Shown: positions 14,851 through 29,779, numbered from the stretch's first letter. The stretch: DNA of 64,000 nucleotides from the human T2T-CHM13v2.0 reference genome, Homo sapiens (GCF_009914755.1 NC_060932.1), one strand, 5' to 3'. Notes: a model not told the origin generated them from the sequence alone. Program-made: numbers and translations.

Positions 14851-15248
14851 GACTGTAAGAGACAACCCAGCCAGCCAGGGCTAATTTGGCTCTATCTAAG
14901 GGTAGGACCAGGAGCCCCAGGCACAGTGGATTATGGGTCATTGTAGGCACCACCAAGTGTGCCCAGGGCCAGAGAGAATCTGACGAGGCCTCCTTTGCCC
15001 TCTTCATCCCAGTGAGTGGAATGCCCCCCTTTCTGATTTAGGAAGGGGTGGGCCTTGGGCATCTGCATTTCAAATAACAACCCACCCCTCCCTGATTTCT
15101 GTTTTAGCAAACTCGTTGAACTGAGATCCTGCAGAATGACTGAATTCATGATCCCCTTAGCTTTTGTTTTTTTTCACTGTTCTCCTTCAGTTTCTTCTGT
15201 CTCTCCTAGCGAACAGAGATCCCAGGTGGTCAGAATATCCTGTTGGGC

Positions 15249-15545
15249 TTTTTTTTTTTTTTTGAGAGGGAGTCTCGCTCTGTCACCCAGGCTGGAGTGC
15301 AGTAGTGTGGCTTTGGATCACTGCAACCTCTGCCTCCCAAGTTCAAGTGATTCTCCTACTTCAGTCTCCCGAGGAGCTGGGACTATAGGTATGCACTACC
15401 ACGTCCGGCTACCTTTTGTATTTTTAGTAGAGACAGGGTTTCGCCGTGTTGGCCAGGCTGGTCTCGAACTCCTGACCTCAGGTGATCCACCTGCCTTGGG
15501 CTCCCAAAGTGCTGGGATTACAGGCATGAGCGACTGCACCCAGCC
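15249..15545 (-). mobile_element. Alu (AluS-like)
   Basis: Full reverse dimer; TSD CTGTTGG(G/A)CTT. Confidence 0.95.
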
Positions 15546-15596
15546 TCTGTTGGACTTCCAAGGGCAAATTGGCTTAAAAATCCAAAGGGCAAGAGA

Positions 15597-16397
<801 letters not shown>

Positions 16398-18777
16398 TAA
16401 AAGGTAACTGAGGAGGGGAGCTGGGTGGGGTCGGGGGTGGAGGACAGATTTGGCCTCGGGCTGGGTTGCAGGCCTCCTCCCCAGGGTGAGGGCGGTGACT
16501 TAGGGGAGGGTCTGGCTGCTCCAGGCAAGCGATTACTCAGACTCAGCCTTGGCCACACCCAAGGCCACAAGATATATGGGCCCTCTGGGAGGGAGGCAGG
16601 GAGGCCCCAGCTCAGCTTTCACAACTGAAGTCTCAGGACCTGGCTGGGAGCCACGAGCTGGAGCCTTCCTTCCCCTTCCCCTATCTTCTCTTCCATCAAA
16701 TACAAAGGCGGCAGGGCCTGGGGCTGGGCCGTTCCACCGGCAGGTCAGGACCGCCAGGCCAGCCTTTCTGTCCACTGGGCGGAAGGGTGTGGCCCGGTTC
16801 CATGTGTTTGGGATTTGAGCAGCTAGGGGCCTGGAGAGCTCTTCAAACTGGCCAGTCCCACGGGGCTTGGTGGGTAACATTCCCCAGTCCCTCTCCAAGG
16901 AAGAAAAACAAACAGCTGAGCGCAGGAAGCCTAGCTGTGGGACTCGCTCCAAGACTGAAAGGGGAGGAAAAAACGATTCCAGCCCCAAACGCCTAGTTAA
17001 ATTGAAAGCAATGGACTACAGACGGGAATGGGCACTTTTCCATAAGCCCCAGCCTTATCAAGGAAATTTAAAAATCCATCCTTGAGAGTTCATGCGTTTT
17101 GCTTTGTAATTTGCAATGTGGTGTTATGGCCGTTTGTGTATATCGATGTGTATAGTTTATATTGCAAAAGCAGATATTATAAAAACCCACATGGCCAGGC
17201 TGAATGAACGAAGCACAAGCGGGTGGAGCCCACAATTGGCTTGGTGCTAGTATTCTTTGTGGGAAGCCACCCTCCTTGTCCCTCACTTCGGGGTGCCTCA
17301 GTTTCCCTATCTACTTCTTGCTCAGAGGCTGGTGGTGTGGTGGACAGAACAGTGAGCTTCAGGGGACCTGAGGCCCAGGCCTGTCTTGATCACACATGAG
17401 CAGAGCCCACGTGGCTCAGAGCTTGGCTTTCCAGCTAATCTGTATTTCCTCAGTAGAAGCCAGGTGGCAATCACAGGGGAACAGCAGGGATTAGTGAGAC
17501 GGAGCTCTTGACCAGGAAACCAGAGTCAGCCCAGCTTTGACCTTAACCACCAGTGCCCTTTAAATTTAATCAGCAACTATTTATTTTCTCCTATGAGAAC
17601 TATCAACCTCGTTGGACCTCAGTCTTCTCATCTGTGAATGGGGATAATAGTGTCTCCCTCAGAGCAGTGGGTGAGGCTCAAGTAACCTATTGGATGGGAA
17701 ATATGATTATTACTGTAACCGTAAGGGTGGAGTTGGGTGAGGTTGGCAGCTACCATGTGGGAGCATGGGGGTCTTTGGGACACTATGGATTGAGTAGCTC
17801 AGGAATCAGGCCACTGTTGCCGCATAACTCAGCCTGGAAGCAGGGCAGGCAGATCGGAGAGCAGCAGCAGTGCCTCACTCACCTCCTGTCCTCCTTCCAC
17901 CCCAACCGCATCCCATCAAGAGGGCTTTTCCCCGTGGAAACTCACGCCCACGGTACCCGGAGCTGGATGGGAAAAGCCCCTGCCTGGCAGTGTCTCAGGT
18001 CTGAGTCCTCCCCTACAGCCTGCCCGGGTGCAGAAGGGGCCAGGGACATGGGTCTGGCTCCTGAAGAGGCCCTGCAGGTTGCAGTGGGGTGGGACCTGAG
18101 GGGAGCCACTGCCCATCCACAGAAAGAAGGGCTGTTGCAGAAAGTTCTGGAGCTGGACTAAGCTGGCCTTGCTGATGGTGCTGCTAAGCATGAACAAGCA
18201 GGCTGGCCTTGGGCAGGTCCACCAGGGCCTGAGCAGAGACCTAGGGAGGCTCAGTAATGTGGCCAGCCCACCGTGGCTCCTTGTGGTGAGAAAGGGGCTG
18301 AGAGCCTGGAAACGCTGGGGGAATGCCACCCACTGGCCACCTGGGAGTGAGTCCTTGCAGCCAGGGCAGGTGCAGAGCCACCAAGGAGGGGAAGGGGTCT
18401 AGCACATCCTCCTGCCAACTGCTGAGGCAGGGACACCCACACGCTCTTTGCCATTAAACCACCTATGTCTGCACTTTGACGCGAGCCAGACCTCGGGGTT
18501 GCCAGGAATATGCACGACTACCTGGAACCTGGTCCAGATCCCTGCCTTGTAAGGAGACCCCCACCCCACACACACCCCCAATCCCATCCTCGAGCAGACC
18601 CTTTCCACACAGGCCTCATGCCCGTGCTTGGGGGCATCCCAGCCTGCACGGCCAACTCTAATCCCCACCTAATGCCGGCAAGCAACCCTCCCTTTGTCAC
18701 CCTCTGGCCAGCACCGTGGTTTCCCTCTCCCAGAACAGCCCAAAGGACCTGGAAGAAAGCTGAGGCTTTGGGGAAGG

Positions 18778-18856
18778 GAATTCCAGTCCCAGGTCCCCAG
18801 AGCATGACCCAGAAGGAGGGACATGTGAGCTCCAGGTGCCATGTTCTCTTAGCCCT
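18778..18856 (+). repeat. 79-bp segment duplicated at 20053-20131
   Basis: 76/79 identity by direct alignment. Confidence 0.92.
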
Positions 18857-20052
18857 CAGGATGCCTCACCTTGTGGGTTGGGAAGCGGCCAGAGGGACAG
18901 AGTGGGGCCCTCTAACACATGGGGACTAGGGCAGGTACCTTGGTCTCAGGAACCTGAGACACTTAGCAATGCCTCGGAATCCAGTGCCAGCACTTTCCTT
19001 GAGCGTATATTAACAGACAGCACCTCTGTACCCATTCAACCGATCGGAACGAGCTCTGTGACAAAACTCCTATTTCAGCACTCAGCTTTATGGGAAAAAA
19101 AAAAAAAGGTCAGTGTGGACTAAGCCATTTATTCCACAGACCTCACCAATAACTGCTGTTATAGTACCATACACAGGGACTCACCCCTTCCCAAGAGGAA
19201 TGGTGGGTGCTTAATACATCATCTCATCTAAGGGTCTCCACGTTACTCAGAGGATGGCCTTAGGATCCCCACTTTACAGATAAGAAAACTGGTGCTCAAA
19301 GAGGTTTAGAAATTTGCCCAAACTCATGGAATTTTTAAAAAGAGCAGAATGGGTTTGAAATGCAAGTCCATGTAATTCTAAAATTTAGGCTAGTGAATGA
19401 TACAGAGGGATTCATATATGTGCCCCCAGAAAGGTCACAGTTTAGTGTGGAGTCAGACACAGAAAACTGGTATCAATGCCTGAGCAGGACAAGAGCTGTG
19501 CTGAGTGGAGCAGGAGGGCAGTGTGGGAGCCGGAGCTGTGGTCACTCCCAAGGTCCAAAAACTGATCGGCGCCAATGGAGCTCTGAAGGTCCAGCCCAGA
19601 AATTCTCAACCCAGAGCCCCCAACAGAACCTTTAAAGAGCCCCAAAGTAGACATGGGTTTTCTTGGTGACCAACGAATGACTGGTGACCATGGATGTGTC
19701 AAGTGGTCAGGCCCCCGAGGCTCACAGGGGCAAGGCCCCCTGCCCAAGGTCACACAGCTTGTGGCAGTGCCAGGGTCAGGAGACCCGAGGCTGGACCTCC
19801 GGTGCAGAGGCCCGTCCCGTCCTGCACGGTGCCATCAGCGACTGCCCATGGCCACACGGTAAGGCAGAAGGCAAGTGTGCTCCACGCCAGGGAATGTGCC
19901 TCCTGTACCCAGAGGAGGAAGGAAAATCCTTCCTCTTCCTCATGCAGGGGAGGTTCCCTGAGACAAGGCTGGAGAAGAGGAGGTCCGGAATCCCTTCTTC
20001 CTTTCAACATTTTTCACGGGGAATGACTTCGAGCGAACTCGAACACACCAGA

Positions 20053-20175
20053 GAATTCCAGTCCCAGGTCCTCAGAGCATGACCCAGAAGGAGGGACATG
20101 TGAGCTCCAGGTGACATGCTCTCTTAGCCCTGAGTGCACAGGGTGTTGCTTAGAGCAGGTCACTTTTGCAGGATA
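20053..20175 (+). repeat. Composite of two local duplications (79 bp + 44 bp)
   Basis: 20053-20131 matches 18778-18856; 20132-20175 matches 21177-21220. Confidence 0.92.
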
Positions 20176-20580
20176 GTGTCCCCTGCAAACTCATGTCCAC
20201 CCAGAACCTATTTGGAAATAAACTCTTGGTAGGTGTAATCAAACTAAGATGAGGTTGTATTGGGTTGGGGTGGTCCTAAACCCAATATGATTAGTGTCCT
20301 TAGAAGAAGAGGGAGATCTGGACACAGAAACAGACATGTAGGGAAGAAGGTTGGGTGTCGATGGGAGCGCAGATTTTAGCAATGAGCCTACAAGCCAAGA
20401 AACAAAGGGGTGGCTGGCACCCCCAGAAGCTGGAAGAGGTAAAGAAGGATCCTTTCCCACAGCCTCTAGAGGGAGTGCAGCCTTTGCTCGTGCCTTTTTT
20501 GGACTTCCATCCTCCGAGCTGTGAGAAAATAAATTGTTATTTAAAGCCACCCGGTTTGAGGTACTTTGAGCAGTCCTAGG
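20176..20580 (+). mobile_element. MaLR solo LTR (MLT1 family), 5' terminus missing
   Basis: GTGTCCCCTGCAAACTCATGTCC...TATTTGGAAATA...CCAGAAGCTGGAAGAGG...GAGAAAATAAATTGTTATTTAAAGCCACCC. Confidence 0.85.
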
Positions 20581-21176
20581 AGATGGACACAGCTGGGTGG
20601 TTGTTTTCTGACCATCTGGCAGTTGGAGATCAAGGGTTGGGGTGGAGATCCCAGTCTTTATGGACCAAGTCCTTGCACAGGGAGTGGTCAGGGGGCTTTC
20701 TGCCTTCATTGCCATCACCCAGGGGACACAGGCTGCAGACCCTGCAGAGCTACTTCCCTTAGCCCTGTACTCTTCACTCCTCACAGCCAGCAAGACCTTC
20801 CTGTGGGCCTGAGAGTGACAAGCCATGCAGAGAGGCAGAATAATGAAAAATCCTATCATTCCCTGCAAATTGGTGCAGTCTTTCTATTAAGCCTTAAACA
20901 TATACCCACTTTGACAGCAATACCCCAAGTAGGGACCTATCCTAAGGAAATTATTGGCCGTATGGACAATGGACTGTGTGCAAGCATTATTTATTGTAGC
21001 GAAACACTGTGAGACAGAGTGGATTTTTTTCCCACTCTCTCTTCACCCCTTTTCTAGTCGTAACACATACCCAGTTCCTTTTGGAACCAAGCACAGGCCA
21101 AGCCAGGATAACAGAAGGGAGCCTTTTGTCAAAAGTCAGAAAGAGAAAGAGAGGCAGGAACTCTTTTTTAGCACAA

Positions 21177-21220
21177 GAGTGAACAGGGTATTGCTTAGAG
21201 CAGATCACTTTTGCAGGATA
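21177..21220 (+). repeat. 44-bp segment duplicated at 20132-20175
   Basis: 41/44 identity by direct alignment. Confidence 0.9.
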
Positions 21221-24200
21221 AATGTCAGATGCATGTGGATGTCAGACCCTGAAGCAGAGCCAGAGAGGCCTGCCCTGCATCCTTTCTCTCTTCCTACAGC
21301 CCAATCCAGACGGAAAGCAGATGGCCCAAAGGCTGACAACCGGGGCCAAAGGCTAAAAGGAAGCCATGGAATGGAAGCATGAGGGAACCCAGGGGGCCAG
21401 GACATTGAAGAAACAAGGAGGCTCTCAAAAGATCAGGAAAAGGTGGCCTCTCAGGCTGTCTCGAGAGTCCGAAGCACAGAGGCATGGGTGGGTCTGCTGC
21501 AGGAGCCCTTTGCTCTTCCTGCCCACGGAGGATGCGGTGGGCCACCCACTGGGGCCCCAGCTAAGGAGCAGCCCTACATCTCCTGCACTTGCCAGCTGTG
21601 TATTTTCATTGACGCATTGCTCTGTCCAGCCCCTCAGGTAGAGAGCTGGGTAGAGGGTCCGACAGTGGAGATTCAGTTTAAACAATGATGGTAACTCCAT
21701 AAAGTGGATCTTATACCTTAGACGGTTATGTTATTAATTGAAGGGAGAAAAAAGGGAGGCTGCGATGAGAGGGGACAGTGAGTTTGGGTTTGGGCCTGTT
21801 GAATCAGAAGTCCCCAGTGCCCTTCACGTGGAGCTCTCTAGACGGCAGTTGCTAGCACACAAAGAAATCAGGACTCAGAGTTATGAGAACACACATGAGA
21901 TGCATGGCGAAGCCCAAAGGCAGACACAAGCTCCAAGACTCAGATCAAAACCCTGGGGTGTGCCCCTGACGGGAAGGAGGGTCGGGCCCATTGGGGGAGT
22001 CACCTTAGAAAAACATTGTATGGGAAATTTGGAGCATCTGAATAGTGAGTTTACACCCAAAAAAGGTTGAAGATTTTTTTTTTTAAATTGGCAGAGCAAA
22101 GCAATAGGCATCAAGAGCCCAGTGGGGCTCCAGAAAGTCGGGGTCTGCATCTGAGGAGCGGCTGAGACCCCAGAGGAGGGAGGCAAGGATTCCTGGGGGA
22201 TTGGAGCCTCTGATGCAGGTCCCACTCTGCCACCCTGAGCAGGACACTTCCCCTCCCTGGGCCTCCGTCCCATTTACAAAGCTGAGGGCAGAACTCATCG
22301 TTCCCAGCTCTGACTGTATTGTCACCCTGTCTCTCCTTTGCTTGTGTCCTCAGGGCACTTACCCAGCTTCTGTCCCTGGCTGTTCCCAGGTACCAGGACC
22401 CTCTGCTGTCAGGGACCTTAAACCAGGAAAAGGACTAGAAGAGGCCAGCTGGCCCCTCCACCAGGGCAGTCAACACCATGCTGGGGGCTGTGTTCTCGGG
22501 GCGACAGAAGATTCCTGTGACCTCTTAAAAGGGTGGTCTTATGAACAACCCCAACAACATTAAGGAAATTGAGAGAATGTGTACCAGTAAACCTCCCACC
22601 CACTCCACCACGGTTTTCATTTCTCTAAATTCCCCTCCATCCTTTGCCCTTTGTAATATATGTTTGTTTGCACAACAGCATTCACAGTGTATACACACTA
22701 AGGGGTGCTCTTTTTTTCCCTTAACGCAATTTCATAAACACTCTCTCATGTATGTCATAGTTACATTTGAAATGGCTGCATAATACTCCTTTGTGTTAAC
22801 TGTCTTTTAAACAATGCTCTGAGACTGCACACTTAGGTTCTTTCCAGCTTTGAGTGATTATGAAGAATGTGGTTGAGTTTTATACATATGCCATTTTCTT
22901 TCTTTGTACTCATTTCCTGGAGACAAATAGAAGAGGATTTCTGAGCCAAAGCATATAAACTACTTTTATAGATCCTGAAAGGTCATTGACTTCCTCAAGG
23001 AACTGGCTTGTTTAGATGTGCTAAATGGCCGCAGCCAATGGTCAGGGGACAAGTGTTAATTGGTAAATAAGCAATGCCTTTCTTTCCTTGACTCCTCCCG
23101 GAAAGATGCCATTTTTCCAAAGCTCTGGCAGAGAATACACTGAAAATGTCTCACAGAAGACAGCCTGCCAGACTGTTGTTTTTGACAACAAGCAGGAGAA
23201 ACAAAGTGCTTTGCAGAAGCACTCCATCCAGCGGAACTCAGCATGGTGGGGGCTCTGTAGGATCCACCACTTCCCACCCTCAGAGGTGGCACCTTGGCAT
23301 CCTACAAGTCACTTCTGACACCATTGTCACTGCCCCACCCCATGTTCATCCAGGGGCTCCAGAGACCCCTCTAGAGATGGGGATCCCTGTGACCAGTGTT
23401 ACTGGCACCCCCACTAGTTGACAGCTGAGCTCAGATTGGGACTCTTACCAGACAGAAACACAGCGAGGGACCCTGGGAGATGTCCTATCATGCACCTCTT
23501 CCAGGGTTTCCCAGCAGGGCGAGACGGGAGCACAGCATGGGGCCACCCTACCCCCAGTTCCCTGCATCCCTTGGATTGCTCCAAAAAGGGTCTCAGAGAA
23601 TATGAGGCCTCCAGAAGGAGCATAGAGAAAGGCAGGCACCCAGGGATGCTGCCAGCTGCCGGGCCACTCTGGGCTGCACAGAGGAAGGCCACACAGGCAA
23701 AGGAAGACTTGGGATTCCTGTCTCTGAGCTGGAAGCATGGGGTGAAGCTGAACATTGTCCTAACAAAACCAAACACACCATCTGCCTGGAGGTCCCAGCG
23801 AGGGGCCAGTAGGCTCTGCTAAAAACAGAGACAGACCAGGGAGGGCCACTGCCCAACATTCCACCCTCCACCTCCTGAAGACTGAAGACTGGACAGGAAT
23901 GTGAGAGCCCTTCTGCCTCCCCCTTTTCCCTCCTGGGTGCTTCCACCAAGTATTTGGTACCTACTTTTTCTGGAAAATTACCCATTGCTTATCTAAAATT
24001 CAAGTTACTGGGCTCCTGTATTTTTATTGGCTAACATTGGCAACTCTATGTGTCGACGACTGGAGGGGTGCAGGTCAGGGTGCTGGGAGCTCCTCAGGGC
24101 TTCTGATGCATGAACATGGGGGGCAGGTGAGATACAGCTGGCAGCATGCACTGGTTTCAGGTAGATCATGGTGTCATTTACAGAGATGGAAAGGACTGGA

Positions 24201-24384
24201 GGAGAAGCAGGTTTGGGAGAGAAAAGTCAAGACTTCTGATTACACATTGGATTTGAGATGATGTTTGTTAAATAACCAAGTGGGGAGGCCACGAGAAGGT
24301 GGAATTCTGGCGAAGACAGAGATGGAATCTGATGGAACTTGATGGCAGTCACTAGAAAGACAGTTCAGTTAAAGAGAAGAGGAG

Positions 24385-24530
24385 GAGGGTAAGGGTTGGA
24401 AAACTACCTATGGGGTGCAATGTTCAGTACTTGAGTGATGCTATTTGCACTAGAAGCTCACATCACACCATTACGCAATATACCCATGTAACAAACCTGT
24501 ACATACATCCCCAAACCCATAATAATATAT
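24385..24530 (+). mobile_element. L1 (L1PB/L1MA-type) extreme 3' fragment
   Basis: AAAACTACCTATGGGGTGCAATGTTCAGTACTTGAGTGATG...ATATACCCATGTAACAAACCTG. Confidence 0.75.
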
Positions 24531-24674
24531 ATGCATATATAAAAGGAGAGAAAAGGGACAAGGCCTGAGATTTACAAGTAAAGCAGGTAGAGATGGGCAG
24601 CAACGGACACCTATGATTTCTTCCCTGAATTAAACTGGGACTTCTCAGAAACCTCTATTCTGAGATTTACAGGG

Positions 24675-24900
24675 AAATGTTTATTGAGGCCCTAGTATAA
24701 GCCAGGCATTGTGCAAAAGCACTTCATGTATTATCTCACTGAATTTTCATCATACTGATGATTACTCATTGTTATCCCCATTTTATTGGTGTTTAAAAAT
24801 GAGGTCCAGAGAGGTTTAAACAATTTCCCCAGATCACAGCTCATAAATGATCAAATACTTGACCTCAGGTTTTCCTAGTTCTCAAGCTTCTGATCTGCCC
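24675..24900 (-). mobile_element. MIR
   Basis: AATGTTTATTGAGG...GCCAGGCATTGTGC...ATCCCCATTTT...GAGGTCCAGAGAGGTT. Confidence 0.65.
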
Positions 24901-26093
24901 TGTGCTTGATAGCATATTTTATGCATATCTGCTCTGCCAGTCAGTATGATCCTCATAGCAGGGGCCTCTCTTTATTTCTCTTCCCATCTCCCTGTGTCTC
25001 ATTCGGTGCTAGGCTCGTTGTTGGCACCTGGTAAGTGTTTGTTGTTTGGGATTTGATGGGAGAGGGCCCCAAGCCTTGGGCGAGGTCAGCCAAGACACGA
25101 TGCCTGCAGGACTGTCACAGAAATTCCCAGAACTTATAACTTCTCTCCAAAAGGGTGGAGGACGGGAGCTCATTAGTTGCTCAGCTTCCACGCCAGTAAA
25201 AATTCAAAGCCCCCAGTAAATGGCAAAATCTGCCTGGTAGCTCTGGGCACACCCAGCAGAAGATAGTTCCAGAAAGCAAGAGGAGAGGTGGGTTTAGGAG
25301 GCACAGAGGCCGAGGCATGGACAGGGAGGTGCAAAGCTGCAGAAGGAAGGGAGGGGTGGACTCAAGCCCACTCCCTTTCTCTTTTTGCTTAAATAGAAAA
25401 GCTCCTTTTCTTAGCAAGGGTTGGGCACTGCATGATGACTCTCAAGTTTCCTCCAATCCTGGCTCCTGGGATAGAAATCAAAGCACTTGACATGTTTCTC
25501 TTGATATTCGAAGCTGAATTACTGTGCAGTCTGTGGCACTTACACCCGGTTATAAATCACTTAACAAACACCAATGATACATCCCACCTGCTGAACACTG
25601 TTCTAGGCGGTTAACACGGATGAATTAATTTCATCCTCACCACAACACTTCGAAGTGGGCAGAGTAATCCCTTCTGCTCTGCTATACAGATGAGGACATT
25701 AAGGATCAGGTAGGTTGAAAAACTTGCCTGAGGTCACATAGCAATTGGCAAAGTCACGGTTTGTACCCTGGCAGTCTGACTCCGGTGCCATGCACTTCAC
25801 CACTGGGTGTTAGATTCTGCCTCAGACCAGGAGGCTCGGGTGGGAGAAGCCCTGAATTCACGCCATTCCCAGCTGCAGTCCAGGCACCCATTCCCCAGCT
25901 GTGGGGCCGTGGGCCAGAGCAGGCAATGCGTCTAAGTCTCAGTTTCCTCATTTATAAACTGAGCTATTTTCTGGATTCCTTAGGATTGTTGTAAGAATTA
26001 GATGACACAATGTATGCAAAAATCTCTGAAAACTATAACTTGCAATCCAGGGAGGAAGGATTAAAGGGCTAATTAGTGATCAGTGAAGCCTAG

Positions 26094-26285
26094 CATGGGG
26101 TTGGCAAATGGTTTTCTTGTGAAGGGCCAGGTAGTAAATATTTTAGGCTCTGCAGGCACACAGACTACTGAGCCCTGCTATTGCAGCACGAAAGCAGCCA
26201 AGCAGTACACAAATGGATGAGCGTGTCTGTGTTCCAGTAAAACTTTATAAAAACAGGTGGTGGCTGGATTTGGCTCTTTGCCTAG
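26094..26285 (+). mobile_element. MER58-like hAT-Charlie DNA transposon
   Basis: GGGGTTGGCAAA...AAGGGCCAGGTAGTAAATATTTTAGGCT...GTGTTCCAGTAAAACTTTAT...GCTGGATTTGGC. Confidence 0.8.
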
Positions 26286-27175
26286 AAGGATTGCAGTGGG
26301 ATGGAGCTGAGAGATGGGTGCTCTGCAGTGTCCTGAGTGCTGTAAGTAGGGCTTTGGCTGAAGCTCTGGAGAACAGGGAGTACTTGTCAGATTCGCAGGC
26401 AGTGTTTCAGCTGTCTCTGCCCCCAACTTCTACCCGGCTCAGGCGTGGTCAGAGGCATCACCCTGGGCAGTGGAATCTTCCATGGGAAACTCAGGGTGTC
26501 AACTGGCTCTTGATCCCTCCTCCTCCCCCTCTTCCGGGGTCTGAGGTGAGACAGAGGTGCCTTCTGCAGGAGAAGCTCTGATGGCTAGGGCAGCCCGACA
26601 GAGCTGAGGTGGGGGCAGGGGAAGTACAGTGACCTGCCCAGGTGTGTGCAGTCTGAGTCTAAGGAAGAGGCTGGGGGGACTTCAAACGACCCTGACTCAC
26701 CTCCCAGGATACAAGGGGTGAAATGCGTGCACGGGCTGGCAAGCCCTGGGTCATGTCCTCTCGGGAACTGCATGCGTGGCAGCAGGCTACAGAATGGGGA
26801 CTATAGGGACATGGTTGGGACACTGGCTCCAACATGATTGATAGCACAGGCTGATTGTTAAAAATAAATGACAGATGTCCAAGTCCAGAGCCAAACAGAT
26901 CCAGCAGACTGCAATACCTGGCAGAAACCAGTGTGCTGACATCTAACTGGGATCGCTGACAAGATCTGCATTTAACTTGAAGCAACAAGACCAACAAAGC
27001 CAGTGGCACTGACACGCAATGGGGGAGCACCTACTAGGCAATGGTTTCCTTTGAAAGAGATCTGGGGATGGGGTGAGGAGGAGATCTGACCTGATCATTG
27101 AGGGCTGCATGGTATTCCATCATTTGGATGTAGGGTCGTGTATCACTATGAGTGTCACTAGAAAGTCTCATGAGA

Positions 27176-27567
<392 letters not shown>

Positions 27568-28402
27568 CTAATTCTGTTGACTACTCACACCTGGAGCCTG
27601 TTGGGAGGATGGCTATTCTGTTGAGACATTCAATTTGATCCTTCCATTAATTACCTGCTATATGTGGCACATGATGGTAGGCAGTGGGAGGACAGCTGTG
27701 AACAAGGTGCGGTGCCCTATCATGAAAGAGCTCTCCCGGACTAGGAGGAGAGCCAGCACAGAAACCAATCATTGCAATACAGCATGGTGAGTGTGAAGAC
27801 CGGGGCCCAAAGACACAAAGGTGGAGGAACTGGGTTCACTTTCCTTGGTGTTACCAACTCACTGATGAGCAATCGTGAGGATGAGGAGAATGCCTTGTTA
27901 TGATATGATTTGTTCCGGCAAGAAGAACTAGAAACAGTGTATGGGAAAGTCAAGGAGGACAAGGAAGGGGTTTCTGTGACTCGCAGTTGTTTTTTGGGAA
28001 AAGCACAACACCATGTCTGTCTGGGAAGTCGGGAGGGAGGTTGTAGGAGATGCCCACTGAAGCTAAGCATCTCCGTGCCATGGGTGGAGCCATTGCTGGC
28101 TCCATCGCTCCCTCCCCTAAAGAGCTACAATCCTGGAAATGCTGTTCTGTTCCTGTTTCTTGGCTTACTGAGCCCTGCGCTGTCACGGTACCTCAAGGAC
28201 CTCTCCAACAATGTCTCCAGGCTTCCCTGTGTGTTTATTGGAAACATGTGCATATGGACACGTACTGCACTGAGCCTAGTTCTGTTTATAGACAAAGTTA
28301 CTGGGTGTTCAGGCTAAACAAGTAGGTCTGTAATCCTTTGCTATTCTGAAAGCAAACTGTCTCTGATTGTGGGAATAATAATATCAAATATTTCTGGAGC
28401 AC

Positions 28403-28699
28403 TTTTTTTTTTTTTTTAAAGACAGGATCTCGCTCTGTCACTGAGGCTGGAGCGCAATGATGCAATCATGGCTCACTACGACCTTGAACTCCTGGGCTCA
28501 AGTGATCCTCCTACATCAGCCTCCTGAGTAGCTGGGACTACAGGTACATATCACTATACCTGGCTCATTTTTTAATTATTCGTAGAGATGAGGTCTCACT
28601 ATGTTGCCCAAACTCATCTCAAACTTTTAGGCTCAAGCAATCCTCCTGCCTCGGCCTCCCAAGAGCTGCAATTACAGGCATGAGCCACTGTCCCAGCCT
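28403..28699 (-). mobile_element. Alu (AluJ-like) inserted in a MIR
   Basis: Reverse dimer; MIR sequence resumes at ~28700 (TACGTGCCAGGC...GTACAGATGAAAAAACC). Confidence 0.9.
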
Positions 28700-29394
28700 A
28701 CTGAGTACTTACGTGCCAGGCAGTGAAAGAGTTTTAATTTTTCATGTATTATTTAATTCAGTCCTCACAACAGCCCCATGGGGTAGGCACCACGATCAAC
28801 CCATTGTACAGATGAAAAAACCAAGTCCCTTGGAGGTTAAATTATTTGCCTCAAAATGATAGAGCCATTCCATAGTACAGCCTCGATTTGAACCCAGAAG
28901 TCTGGCCTCAAAGTCCATATCCTGAAGAGAATATAGCTACTCCCAGAATGCTCGAAAGACACAGAGAACAATAGAAGTATCATGTAGCCCATTGTTTTTC
29001 AGACTACAGCTTATATCCTGTTCATGAATTATGAAATAAATGAATAAGTTGTGATCATGTTAAAAAAAACATAAATAGAATAGAGTAGAAAGGCATTACA
29101 AATTTAAGTATTATCTCAGCTATGCTTATGTGTGTGTACTGGTTGTGTAGGTCATGGTAAAAAATGTTTGAGACCACCAATCTTGCCCAATTTGCTCACT
29201 TTACAAATGGGTGAACTCCCATTCAGACAGCAAAGTGATGTTCCCAAGGTTACAGAGCCTTCACAGATAACCTGGGGCTAAACCCTAGGTTATGCTATCA
29301 AGGTTAATTGACTGCAAAGAAAACGAAGAAAAAGTAAGAGTGACGATGCTAATAATAGTGGTAATACCAATGCCAGCAATAACAATAGCTACTA

Positions 29395-29779
29395 CTCCAA
29401 ATCTCATGTTGAAGTCAGATCCCCAGTGTTGGAGGTGAGGCCTAGTGGGAGGTCTTTGGACCATGGGGGTGGATACCCTCATGAATGTCTTGGCATCCCC
29501 CTCATGGTAATGAGTGAGTTCTTGCTCCATTAGTTCACATGAGAACCAGTTGTTTAAAGACGGTGGACCTCCTCCTTTCTGTTTCTTGCCACATGACGTG
29601 CCTACTCCCCATTGTCTTCTGCCATGACTGGAAGCTTCCTGAGGCCTTACCAGAGACCAAGGAGATGCTAGTGCCATGCTTGTACAGCCTACGAAACCAT
29701 GAGCCAAATAAACCTGTTTTCTTTATAAGTTATCCCATGTTAGGCATTCCTTTTTAGCAATGCAAAACAGACTAATATA
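29395..29779 (+). mobile_element. MaLR solo LTR (MST family)
   Basis: CCAAATCTCATGTTGAA...GTTGGAGGTGAGGCCTAGTGGGAGG...GAGCCAAATAAACC...GCAATGCAAAACAGACTAATATA. Confidence 0.88.

Noticed and set aside
17553-18161. 202-aa ORF
   Set aside because: Non-ATG start, begins in MIR-like sequence, no recognisable homology.
18778-21220. Spaced direct repeats as a CRISPR-like array or transposon termini
   Set aside because: Only two copies of each, with no periodicity, inverted termini or associated genes; eukaryotic intron.
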